Of a DNA stretch of 64,000 nt, positions 38,371 through 47,200 are shown in pieces. Both the position numbers and the translations under genes were made by a program. This DNA is from an uncultured Clostridia bacterium (GTDB lineage: Bacteria > Bacillota > Clostridia > TANB77 > CAG-508). Position 1 is the first letter of the stretch, and every line of letters starts with the position of its first letter. The stretch spans positions 1,970-65,969 of the forward strand of contig CALXCF010000007.1 of the NCBI GenBank assembly GCA_944386755.1, read 5' to 3'. The notes beneath the pieces were generated by a model, which was not told the origin of the DNA, ran no database searches, and was given only the letters and a program-made list of their open reading frames with translations.

Positions 38371-40095
38371 TTATTTATCATTAAGAACTGTTTTTATTTC
38401 TTCAAATCTTTTGACTTTTTGAGTTGTTGTTTTTATTAATTCTTTATCAGTTACTGTAATTTCTCTAATATATTTATATGCTGGCATTGTTTTGTTTACT
38501 TTTTTAACTTCTTGCCATAACATTTCTTTTAGTTTTTCTGGATCTTCTGTATTATATATATCTTTTACTAATTCTTTGTCATATACTATTTTCGCATGGA
38601 TTTTATAATCCCCATCATCTTCTGGATAGCCATATACAAAACTTTCTTTTACACCTTCTATTTTATTTAATAGTGTTTCTAATTCTTCTGGGTATATATT
38701 TTTTCCATTTTTTAATACTATAACAAATTTCTTTCTTCCAGATATAAAGATATATCCATCTTTATCAATTTTTGCTAAGTCTCCTGTATGTAACCAACCT
38801 TCTTCATCAATTGCTTCTTTTGTTGCTTCTTCATTGTTATAATATCCTAGCATTATTGATGGTCCTTTTACAACTAACTCTCCTATTCCTTCTTCATTTG
38901 GCTCAACTATTTTTGCATCTAGACTTGGAAATGCTTTTCCAATAGAACCTAATCTTTGATATTTATCATCTTCTGCAGCAATTACTGGTGAACTTTCTGT
39001 TAGTCCATATCCTTGATACATTGTAAATCCTAATTCATTAAATCCTTTTTCTGCCTCTGGGTCTAATGCTGCTCCTCCAGCTACAAATAGTCTTACTTTT
39101 CCTCCTAATGTATCATGTATTTCTTTGAATAATTTTTTTCTTATATCAATTCCAAATTTTAATAAGAATTGGCTTATTTTTATTCCTTTTTGTACTGTTT
39201 TTAGCTTTCCTTTTTTCTCTACACTTTTCATTACCTTTTTGTACATACTTTCAAAAAGGATTGGTACTGAAATCATTGCTGTTATTTGATAGTCTTTTAT
39301 ATTTTCTGCTATATGTCTAATTCCCTCACAAAATGCAATTGACCCACCTGTTGATACTGGATATATAAATCCAACTGTACATTCAAAGGTATGATGTAAT
39401 GGTAAAAATGATAAGAATCTGTCTTCTGGAGTTAATTTGATAACTGCTGTTATGTCTTTTAAATTACTACATATATTTTTGTGTGATAACATTACTGCTT
39501 TTGACATTGCTGTTGTACCTGATGTAAATAGCATTATTGACATTTTTTCATTATCTATTTCTGCGTCTAAAAACTCTCTATTTCCTTCTTCTATTAGCTT
39601 TTTACCCTGTTCAATTAGTTCTTTTTCAGAGTAGATGTCATTTTCTTTCTTTTCTAAATCCATTGAAATGAAGTATTTTACTTTTGTTGTTTGTTTTTCT
39701 TTTATTTCTTTCATTACTTCATCATATTTTTTTGAATAGAATATTGCTTCTACTTCTGAACGAATCATTAAATTTTCAATTTCATTGTCAGGTAACGCTT
39801 TGTCCAATGGTACTACAACACCTGTTCCTGTAACAGCTGCAAAATATGCAACTCCCCATTCATATCTATTTTCTGAAATGACTGCTATTCTTTTATCTTT
39901 TAACCCAAGATTTATTAATGCTGTTCCTAAGCTATTTATTTCATCTCTAAATTGTTTGTGAGATATTTCTCTAAATTTTCCTTCTACTTCTGTTTTAAAT
40001 AGATATGCAGGTCTATCTCCAAACTTTTCTCCTGTTTTTTGAAGCATTTCTTTTAAATTACTATATCCTTTGTTCTTGTAAATTTGTTCTCTCAT
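38371..40095 (-). CDS. long-chain fatty acid--CoA ligase (AMP-binding family)
   Basis: AMP-binding motif LFTSGTTAMSKAV, YGLTE, GWLHTGD. Confidence 0.85.
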   Translation of the reverse strand: MREQIYKNKGYSNLKEMLQKTGEKFGDRPAYLFKTEVEGKFREISHKQFRDEINSLGTALINLGLKDKRIAVISENRYEWGVAYFAAVTGTGVVVPLDKALPDNEIENLMIRSEVEAIFYSKKYDEVMKEIKEKQTTKVKYFISMDLEKKENDIYSEKELIEQGKKLIEEGNREFLDAEIDNEKMSIMLFTSGTTAMSKAVMLSHKNICSNLKDITAVIKLTPEDRFLSFLPLHHTFECTVGFIYPVSTGGSIAFCEGIRHIAENIKDYQITAMISVPILFESMYKKVMKSVEKKGKLKTVQKGIKISQFLLKFGIDIRKKLFKEIHDTLGGKVRLFVAGGAALDPEAEKGFNELGFTMYQGYGLTESSPVIAAEDDKYQRLGSIGKAFPSLDAKIVEPNEEGIGELVVKGPSIMLGYYNNEEATKEAIDEEGWLHTGDLAKIDKDGYIFISGRKKFVIVLKNGKNIYPEELETLLNKIEGVKESFVYGYPEDDGDYKIHAKIVYDKELVKDIYNTEDPEKLKEMLWQEVKKVNKTMPAYKYIREITVTDKELIKTTTQKVKRFEEIKTVLNDK

Positions 40096-40181
40096 GGCAA
40101 TCCCCTTTCAAGTATATATTTTATTATTTTTTAATTTTTGCACATTTTGGCATCGAAATCTTTGATTTCGCTAATGCCTAA

Positions 40182-40751
40182 TTATCTTATTTTTAGACCT
40201 TCTATGATTGTATTTTCAAATTCTTTATATAGTTTCATAATGTCAATTTGCCCATCATTTCTTATTTTATATACTAAGCTTGAAGCTATAAGTCCATAAA
40301 TTTCTGATGCTATTATTTGTGGATTTCCTTGTTTTATTTCTTTTTTCTCTATTCCTTGTCTTACTATTTCTTCTATTTTGCTTATATATGCTAATATTTG
40401 CTCCTTACACATTTGGTTTCTTGCTTCATTTCCCCAGAATTGACTTAATAAGATTGTAATTATATCTTCATATTTGTCCACTATTTTTATTTGTATTAAT
40501 ATTATGGCTTTTATTTTGTCTATATAGTTTGGAAATTTTGCAGTTTTTATATCAATACTGTTTTGTAATAATTTTATGCCTTCTTCAACTAAAAAATTAA
40601 AGATTTCTTCTTTGCTAGAAAAATGATAATAAAGTGTTCCTTTTGCAACTCCTACTGTTGCTGTTATTTCTTCTATGCTTGTTGCTTCATATCCTTTTTT
40701 TGCAAATAGTTTCATCGATGTTTCAAATATCTTTCTTTTTGTCTTGTTCAT
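40182..40751 (-). CDS. TetR/AcrR-family transcriptional regulator
   Basis: N-terminal HTH: FAKKGYEATSIEEITATVGVAKGTLYYHF. Confidence 0.85.
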   Translation of the reverse strand: MNKTKRKIFETSMKLFAKKGYEATSIEEITATVGVAKGTLYYHFSSKEEIFNFLVEEGIKLLQNSIDIKTAKFPNYIDKIKAIILIQIKIVDKYEDIITILLSQFWGNEARNQMCKEQILAYISKIEEIVRQGIEKKEIKQGNPQIIASEIYGLIASSLVYKIRNDGQIDIMKLYKEFENTIIEGLKIR

Positions 40752-40889
40752 ATTTAACTCATTCCTTCCTAAGGCATAAATAAATCAAATCCAAATATCA
40801 TAAATTAATTTGTTAAATCATTGTTCTTATTATATACTTATATACTTATTTTTGCAATAGTTTTTGTTGCTTTTGACTCATAGTTCGAA

Positions 40890-40945
40890 TTAAAAAAGAA
40901 TCTCTTATTTCTATCCTATCTTTTTTGGACTTTTTAGAGATTCTT
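40890..40945 (-). terminator. terminator after the coiled-coil repeat gene
   Basis: Minus strand reads AAGAATCTCT-(30 nt)-AGAGATTCTT followed by TTTTTA. Confidence 0.45.
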
Positions 40946-40975
40946 AGTCTGTTTATTCATATGCTATTGAAAAAA

Positions 40976-41677
40976 TTATTTTAATAATTTCAAATTTGGT
41001 GTATTTTTCTTATTTTTTGTTACACTTCCCTCACTTTGCTTATTTTCTCTATTTTCTTTGAATAATAATGCAAAAGTTTCATTTTGTTTTTCTAATATTT
41101 TTGCTATGTTTATTCCGTCTATTCTTTGCCTTTCTTTTATTGTTTCTATGTTTTCTATTATTGTCTCTTGTTGATTTTTCATTATATTTTGTTCTTTTTT
41201 CATTTGTTTCATTTCTTTTCTCAATGCTGTTTGTCCTTTTTGTAGTTTTTTAATGTCTTGTTTCATTTCTTTTTGCTCTTCTTTGATGTTTTTGATGTCT
41301 TGCTTCATTCCTGCCATTTCTTGTTTCATCTCTGCTTGACCTTCTTGCAAATCTTTGATGTCCTGTTTCATTCCTGCCATTTCTTGTTTCATCTCTGCTT
41401 GACCTTCTTGCAAATCTTTGATGTCCTGTTTCATTCCTGCCATTTCTTGTTTCATCTCTGCTTGACCTTCTTGCAAATCTTTGATGTCCTGTTTCATTTC
41501 TTTTTGTTCTTCTTGAAGATTTTTGATGTCTTGTCTCATTTCTTTTTGTCCTTCTTGGATATTTTTGATATCTTGCTTCATTTCAACTTGGTCTTCTTTG
41601 ATTTCATTTACATCCTGTCTTACACCTTTAACTTCTGAATGAATATTTCCAAGTATTGATAAAATCTTCTCTTCCAT
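40976..41677 (-). CDS. coiled-coil tandem-repeat protein (MKQDIKxLQEGQxE repeats)
   Basis: 233 aa, with three identical 21-aa units flanked by degenerate units. Confidence 0.7.
   Translation of the reverse strand: MEEKILSILGNIHSEVKGVRQDVNEIKEDQVEMKQDIKNIQEGQKEMRQDIKNLQEEQKEMKQDIKDLQEGQAEMKQEMAGMKQDIKDLQEGQAEMKQEMAGMKQDIKDLQEGQAEMKQEMAGMKQDIKNIKEEQKEMKQDIKKLQKGQTALRKEMKQMKKEQNIMKNQQETIIENIETIKERQRIDGINIAKILEKQNETFALLFKENRENKQSEGSVTKNKKNTPNLKLLK
41306..41494. repeat. perfect 63-bp x 3 tandem repeat inside the CDS
   Basis: The unit cattcctgccatttcttgtttcatctctgcttgaccttcttgcaaatctttgatgtcctgttt is repeated exactly at 41306, 41369 and 41432. Confidence 0.95.
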
Positions 41678-41998
41678 ATATTTATCACCTCGCTTTCGAT
41701 TATTTTACTACAAGTTAAATATTTCGTCAATAGTTTTTGGATGCTTTTTATTTTTTTCCAGTAGCTTGTTGCTTTAAACCTTGAAAGTTCAATGAATATG
41801 TGGAATATTAATTATTAGAATAAAATACATTGAATAAATTTTCACATATGAATAAAAGCAACATAATATTACCATATTTTTACAATTATTGCAATATTTT
41901 TTACAATTTTTATTAATTATTTCTTTACTTTTTTTATTAAGTAATATAAAATAAACTCGAATTGGATATAATAGAAGAAAAATGATTGGAGGAAACAA

Positions 41999-44398
41999 AT
42001 GAAAAATAAAAATGAATTATCATATAAAGATTTAAAAATGACTTGTAATACCGATTTATTCAAATTCGAAACTACTGAAGAACTAGAATCAATACAAACC
42101 GGGATCGGTCAAGACCGTGGTATAAAAGCACTAGAATTTGGTTTGCAAGTTGATGTAAAAGGATATAACTTATATTTGGAAGGTCCAAGTGGTGTTGGAA
42201 AAACCATGTACACTAAAAATTATTTAGATAAAATTTCTAAAAAGAAAAAAGTTCCTTCTGATTGGTGTTATATTTATAATTTTAATAATCCAAATGAGCC
42301 TATCGCTGTTTCTTTAAATGCTGGACAAGGTAAAGAGTTTAAAGAAGACATGGACGGCTTTATTAAAGAAATCAGAAAAGATATTAAAAAGACATTTAAT
42401 AATGATGATTTTGAAAAGGAAAAAGCATTAATTAAGCAAGAGTTTGAGGCAAAACGTTCAGCTTTATTAGATAAATTAAATCAAGATGCTTCTAAATATA
42501 ATTTTCAAGTAAAAGCTGCTCAAAACGGTATTTATATGATGCCTGTTTTTGAAGGTAGAGCTATTGAAGAAGAAGAATTTGAAAAATTAGATGATAATAT
42601 AAAACAAGAATATGAAGAAAAGTCAGTATTAGTTCAAGAGCAAATTATGAATGTTATTGGTCAAATAAAAGAAATAGAACGTCAATCTGATAAAAAAATT
42701 TCAGAATGGCAATCTAATGTAGCATTATTAACTGTTAATGTTCACATTAATTTCTTAAAATCAAAATATAAGAGAAATAAAAAGATAAATCAATTTTTAA
42801 ATGATGTAAAACAAGATGTATTAAAGAATATTCCTGTTTTCTTAGAAGAAGATACTAAGCCACAGCAATCTCAACAGCAACAAGGTCCTGCAGTTAGAAA
42901 ACCTGACCCATGTTTGAATTATCGTGTTAATCTATTTGTTGATAATTCAAACCTTGACGGTGCACCAGTTATTATGGATTCTAACTATTCATATCATAAT
43001 ATTTTCGGTTCATTGGAATATGAGAATTATTATGGTGCTTTAAAAACTGACCATACAATGTTAAAACCTGGATTACTTCAAAAAGCAAATGGTGGTTATA
43101 TCATTTTTCAAGCTAAGGATTTACTTGCAAATGGTATGTGTTATGAAGCATTAAAAAAAGCTTTACGTATAAAAGAAATAAGTATAGAAAATACTGCTGA
43201 CCAACGTTCATCTTCAATGGTTCTTGTTTCTTTAAAACCTGAGCCTATTCCATTAAATTTGAAAGTAATTTTAATAGGAAATGAACAAATTTATCAGACT
43301 TTACTTGCAATGGATTCTGATTTTAGAAAATTGTTTAAAATAAAAGTTGAGTTTGAATCAGAAGCTCCAATTAATGCTGAAAATTTGAATAAACTTGCTC
43401 AAATAATTCATGGATTTTGTGAACATGAAGAACTACCACATTTAGATAGAAGTGCAATGGGACGTTTGGTTGAATATGCATCAAAACTTGCTGGAAGTCA
43501 TAAAAAAGTATCTACTCGTTTTGATGATTTAATACAGGTCGTAGGTGAAGCTGCAACTTGGGCTAAGATTTCTAAGTCTAAAGTAGTTACTGCGAAATTT
43601 ATTGACAAAGCATTAGAACAAAGAACTGAAAGAGTTAAAAAATATGATACTAAATATTTAGAAATGATAAAAGAAAATTCACTTTTAATTAATACTTCTG
43701 GTTTTGAAGTTGGAGAATTAAATGGTTTAACTGTAATGAGCATTGGGGATTATACTTTTGGTAAACCTGCTAAAATTACTGTTAATACTTATACTGGTAA
43801 AAACGGTGTAGTTAATATAGAAAGAGAAGTCGAAATATCCGGTCCTTCTCATTCTAAAGGTGTATTAATTTTAACTGGATATTTAGGAGAAATGTTTGCA
43901 CAAGATATTCCTCTTTGTTTAACTGCTAGTATTTGTTTTGAACAATTATATAACGGTGTAGATGGAGATAGTGCTTCTAGTACAGAATTATATGGATTAC
44001 TATCTAGTCTTTCTGGAATTCCAATAAATCAATCTATTGCTGTTACTGGTTCTGTTAATCAAAAAGGCCAAATACAACCAATTGGTGGTGTTAATGAAAA
44101 GATTGAAGGATTTTTCCAAATTTGTAAAATGAGAGGTTTAGATGGTTCTCATGGAGTTATGATTCCAATACAAAATGTTGATAATTTGCAATTGTCAGAT
44201 GAAATTGTAGAGGCTGTTAAAAATAAACTGTTTCATATTTATTCTGTTTCTACAATTGAAGAAGGTATTGAAGTTTTAACTGGTGTTCCTGCTGGAAAGA
44301 AGGATAAGAATGGAAAGTTCCCAGCTGGTACTGTTAATTATTTGGTTTATGAAAAATTAAAGAAATATGCAGAAACAGTAAATAAAATAAATTCTTAA
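41999..44398 (+). CDS. Lon-like protease with split AAA+ module (LonC-like, Lon-insertion domain)
   Basis: Walker A GPSGVGKT near residue 65, then a long charged insertion. C-terminal S16 Lon protease domain with ..GDSASSTEL..GSVNQKG.IQPIGG.. Confidence 0.75.
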   Translation: MKNKNELSYKDLKMTCNTDLFKFETTEELESIQTGIGQDRGIKALEFGLQVDVKGYNLYLEGPSGVGKTMYTKNYLDKISKKKKVPSDWCYIYNFNNPNEPIAVSLNAGQGKEFKEDMDGFIKEIRKDIKKTFNNDDFEKEKALIKQEFEAKRSALLDKLNQDASKYNFQVKAAQNGIYMMPVFEGRAIEEEEFEKLDDNIKQEYEEKSVLVQEQIMNVIGQIKEIERQSDKKISEWQSNVALLTVNVHINFLKSKYKRNKKINQFLNDVKQDVLKNIPVFLEEDTKPQQSQQQQGPAVRKPDPCLNYRVNLFVDNSNLDGAPVIMDSNYSYHNIFGSLEYENYYGALKTDHTMLKPGLLQKANGGYIIFQAKDLLANGMCYEALKKALRIKEISIENTADQRSSSMVLVSLKPEPIPLNLKVILIGNEQIYQTLLAMDSDFRKLFKIKVEFESEAPINAENLNKLAQIIHGFCEHEELPHLDRSAMGRLVEYASKLAGSHKKVSTRFDDLIQVVGEAATWAKISKSKVVTAKFIDKALEQRTERVKKYDTKYLEMIKENSLLINTSGFEVGELNGLTVMSIGDYTFGKPAKITVNTYTGKNGVVNIEREVEISGPSHSKGVLILTGYLGEMFAQDIPLCLTASICFEQLYNGVDGDSASSTELYGLLSSLSGIPINQSIAVTGSVNQKGQIQPIGGVNEKIEGFFQICKMRGLDGSHGVMIPIQNVDNLQLSDEIVEAVKNKLFHIYSVSTIEEGIEVLTGVPAGKKDKNGKFPAGTVNYLVYEKLKKYAETVNKINS

Positions 44399-44415
44399 TA
44401 TACAACACACAACTA

Positions 44416-44579
44416 AATAATAAAAATATTTTTTTAATCTCGGCTACCTTTCATGACGTAAAGAACTTCTAAAAATAAAACAATAGGTCCTCCCAAAAAC
44501 AGGACCCACCATTGCTTTATTTTAAGAAGTTCTATTACTACTACAGTCGCATTCGATTTTAAAAAATATTTTTATTATT
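44416..44579. repeat. 164-nt nested hairpin downstream of the Lon-like gene
   Basis: Outer arms aataataaaaatatttttt / aaaaaatatttttattatt. Inner arms agaacttctaaaaataaaacaat / attgctttattttaagaagttct. Apex GGTCCTcccaaaaacAGGACC. Confidence 0.8.
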
Positions 44580-44609
44580 TTTATACTCATTTTTATTTAT
44601 TGTCTTTCA

Positions 44610-45005
44610 TTAAAATATGTTTTGTAAATTAAATTTATATTTATCTTCTATGTGTTCAAGTAAGAAAACACTTTGCTCTAATCTACTCATAACTTCTCCA
44701 TATTCTCCACCTTCAATTTCGCCTTTTAATCCTGTTAAATTTGTTTCAACTTTTTCTAATTCGTCATGTTCAATATAAAAAGCTAACTTTTCATGTCTCT
44801 TTTCCCATTCTTCTTTTAAATTATCAATTTCACTCTCAAGATTACTTATATCTATATTTTCTTTATTATCAAAAATTTCTGTTCTTATGTCGTTGAGTAA
44901 ATTAACCATTTCATTCACAGATTCTGTAGTGTATTTTTGGGTAACACTATTTCCAATAACAATTGTTGTTACAATTGTTATGCAAATAATTATTTCTTTT
45001 AACAT
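44610..45005 (-). CDS. DUF4363-like small protein
   Basis: N-terminal TM segment and 131 aa. Paired downstream of a DUF421 gene, as is common in Firmicutes. Confidence 0.5.
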   Translation of the reverse strand: MLKEIIICITIVTTIVIGNSVTQKYTTESVNEMVNLLNDIRTEIFDNKENIDISNLESEIDNLKEEWEKRHEKLAFYIEHDELEKVETNLTGLKGEIEGGEYGEVMSRLEQSVFLLEHIEDKYKFNLQNIF

Positions 45006-45016
45006 ATTTCAATCTC

Positions 45017-45691
45017 CTATGCACTTTCTTTTTTTTGGCAAAAAATTTGACCTTTTCCATCAATTGTTACAACTAATGCTTCTTCTGGTTTTATTCCAAA
45101 TTTTTCTACTTGTTTTTTTAGCCAGTTATAATTTTTTCCAATTGATTTCAAATTTTTGCTCATAACCTTTCCATCAATCACCAAATCATATGGTATTCCT
45201 TCATAATCGGGTTGTATATTGAAATCTTCTGGTATAGTTCCTCTTTTTTCTGGTTTTTGGATTACTGTTACTTCCCCACTTGTCTCTAAAATTGCATATT
45301 CTACATCTCCTAAATTCACTATGTTATTACTTCTTAATTTTTCTTGCAATTCATTGATTGTAAATCTTTCTTTTTTTAAAATTTTTTCATCTATTTTTCC
45401 TCTATAAATTAGTATTGATGGTTTTCCACAAATTATTTCTCTTCCTTTTAGACTTTTTAAATTTATAATTGATATTATCAGATGCATTAATAATAATCCT
45501 AAAATTGGAATTATTCCATTAAATATAGGTATTCCTGTTTCTGTCATTGGGATTGTTGCTAAGTCTGCTATCATTATTGATATTGCAAGTTCAAATGGCT
45601 GTAACTGCCCTATTTCTCTTTTTCCCATTAATCTCATTACAATTAAAACTATGATGTATAACACTATTGACCTAAAAAATGTAATTAACAT
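45017..45691 (-). CDS. DUF421 (YetF-like) membrane protein
   Basis: ..MRLMGKREIGQLQPFELAISIMIADLA.. is typical of DUF421. Confidence 0.7.
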   Translation of the reverse strand: MLITFFRSIVLYIIVLIVMRLMGKREIGQLQPFELAISIMIADLATIPMTETGIPIFNGIIPILGLLLMHLIISIINLKSLKGREIICGKPSILIYRGKIDEKILKKERFTINELQEKLRSNNIVNLGDVEYAILETSGEVTVIQKPEKRGTIPEDFNIQPDYEGIPYDLVIDGKVMSKNLKSIGKNYNWLKKQVEKFGIKPEEALVVTIDGKGQIFCQKKESA

Positions 45692-45890
45692 TTTAATTCT
45701 CCTAACTTGCGTATTAGTTTTTCTAATTTAGCAAATAGTTTTCAATTTTTATAAATTTCCTTCTTATTTTTTACAAATTTTAACTTTTTTATACGAATTT
45801 TTTTGAATAAATATATTTTTTTAGTTAATAATAATTTTAGAACCTTTAAAAAAATACATGATGAATTTTTAAACTAAGGAGGTTAGACTT

Positions 45891-46265
45891 ATGCAAGAAG
45901 CACAAGGAAGTCAATCAAAAGGTGGAGCTTCTACTGCTTGGCAGGTTATTGGTAGATTAGTTGCCGCTGCCGTAGTATTAGCTATTACTGCATTTTTCAC
46001 ACCTGGATTTACCATTAATAGTATTTGGACTTTAGCTATAGCTGCTGTTGTTTTAACGGCCATAGATTATTTAATTGTTAAATTTACTGGACTACATGCT
46101 AGTCCATTTGGTAAAGGGTTTGTAGGATTTGCATTAGCAGCTATTACATTATATGTCACTCAATTTTTTGTAGCTGGATATTCAATTTCTTGGATTGCTG
46201 CTATTATTGGTGCTTTAATTTATGGTGTAGTTGATTACTTTATTCCTGGAAATCAACAAATGTAG
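45891..46265 (+). CDS. 4-TM membrane protein, holin-superfamily-IV-like
   Basis: 124 aa with four hydrophobic helices. Resembles the PF04020 family. Confidence 0.45.
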   Translation: MQEAQGSQSKGGASTAWQVIGRLVAAAVVLAITAFFTPGFTINSIWTLAIAAVVLTAIDYLIVKFTGLHASPFGKGFVGFALAAITLYVTQFFVAGYSISWIAAIIGALIYGVVDYFIPGNQQM

Positions 46266-46267
46266 TG

Positions 46268-46347
46268 TAAAAACAACTATTGATTATAAAAAATTGGTCC
46301 CCCTTTTAAGGATATCCACCAATTTTTCAAATCAATAGTTGTTTTTA
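46268..46347. repeat. TGC element copy 1 (identical TTGGTCCCCC core within a variable outer stem)
   Basis: taaaaacaactattgatt-ataAAAAAATTGGTCCCCCTTTTAAGGATATCCACCAATTTTTc-aaatcaatagttgttttta. Confidence 0.9.
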
Positions 46348-46374
46348 TTTATATCTCTTTAAATTAATTTCACC

Positions 46375-47040
46375 TTATATTCGATGCACTATCTCATTTT
46401 TATTTTTATAAATGCTTTTCTCTGGTACAACCCCTCTAACAGAAGATAAAGGGTAAATATTAGTATTTTTTCCAATAACTGTTCCTGGATTTAATACACT
46501 ACCACATCCTACTTCAACTTCATCTCCTAACATTGCGCCAAATTTTTTTAATCCTGTTTCTATTTTCTCTTTTCCATTTTTCACAATAACTAATTTTTTG
46601 TCTGATTTCACATTTGAAGTAATTGAGCCTGCTCCCATATGTGATTTGTATCCTAGAATTGAATCTCCTACATAATTATAATGTGGTACTTGAACTTTAT
46701 TAAATAGAATTACATTTTTTAATTCAGTTGAATTTCCAACAACTGCTCCTTCTCCCACAATTGTTTTTCCTCTAATAAAAGCACAATGTCTAATTTCTGC
46801 ATTTTCTCCAATAATTGCTGGCCCATGTATGTATGCAGTTGGCGCTACTTTAGCACTTTTAGCAATCCATACATCTTCTCCTACTTTCTCATATTTTGAT
46901 TCATCTAGTTTATTTCCTAATTCTATAATAAAATCACTAATTTCAGGTAATACTTCCCATGGATAATCGTATTTTTTTAGTAATTCTTTTGCAATTGTTT
47001 CTTCTAAATTATATAAATTTTTTATTTTACATTCTTCCAC
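46375..47040 (-). CDS. hexapeptide-repeat (left-handed beta-helix) transferase-like protein
   Basis: Repeated [LIV]G hexapeptide pattern. GTG start behind GAGGAGG. Lies next to the UDP-sugar pyrophosphorylase gene. Confidence 0.6.
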   Translation of the reverse strand: MEECKIKNLYNLEETIAKELLKKYDYPWEVLPEISDFIIELGNKLDESKYEKVGEDVWIAKSAKVAPTAYIHGPAIIGENAEIRHCAFIRGKTIVGEGAVVGNSTELKNVILFNKVQVPHYNYVGDSILGYKSHMGAGSITSNVKSDKKLVIVKNGKEKIETGLKKFGAMLGDEVEVGCGSVLNPGTVIGKNTNIYPLSSVRGVVPEKSIYKNKNEIVHRI

Positions 47041-47056
47041 TTTTTTTCCTCCTCTT

Positions 47057-47200
47057 GTGGTCAGTTTAGGGACAGGTTCGGACTGACCATTTTTGGCTAC
47101 TTTGGGGACGGCACTTTTTTTCCAGATATATAATTACTTTAAGGTCCGTCCCTAAATCCCTAAAAACAGGGATTTTTAGGACCGTCCCCTAATCCCTGTT
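47057..47200. repeat. composite GTCCC-box element (two two-box units)
   Basis: GTGGTCAGTttaGGGACaggttcggACTGACCAtttttggctactttgGGGACGg ... cCGTCCCtaAATCCCTaaaaacAGGGATTtttaggaccGTCCCCtAATCCCTGtt. Confidence 0.9.

Noticed and set aside
41258-41638. 126-aa plus-strand ORF with an internal repeat (FHSCHFLFHLCLTFLQIFDVL).
   Set aside because: It is the antisense frame of the 63-bp tandem repeat in the minus-strand coiled-coil gene. The minus-strand product has a good start context and a coherent heptad pattern.
41789-41998. 69-aa minus-strand ORF immediately upstream of the Lon-like gene.
   Set aside because: It lies in an extremely AT-rich promoter region, is hydrophobic and low-complexity, and has no RBS.
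41999-44398. Lon-like protease as BrxL of a BREX defence system.
   Set aside because: No brx or pgl genes, methyltransferase or other defence genes flank it. The domain layout fits the LonC type better.
45891-46265. Holin-like membrane protein as a sign of a prophage.
   Set aside because: No phage structural, lysis or integrase genes are nearby. This 4-TM family is widespread as a chromosomal gene.
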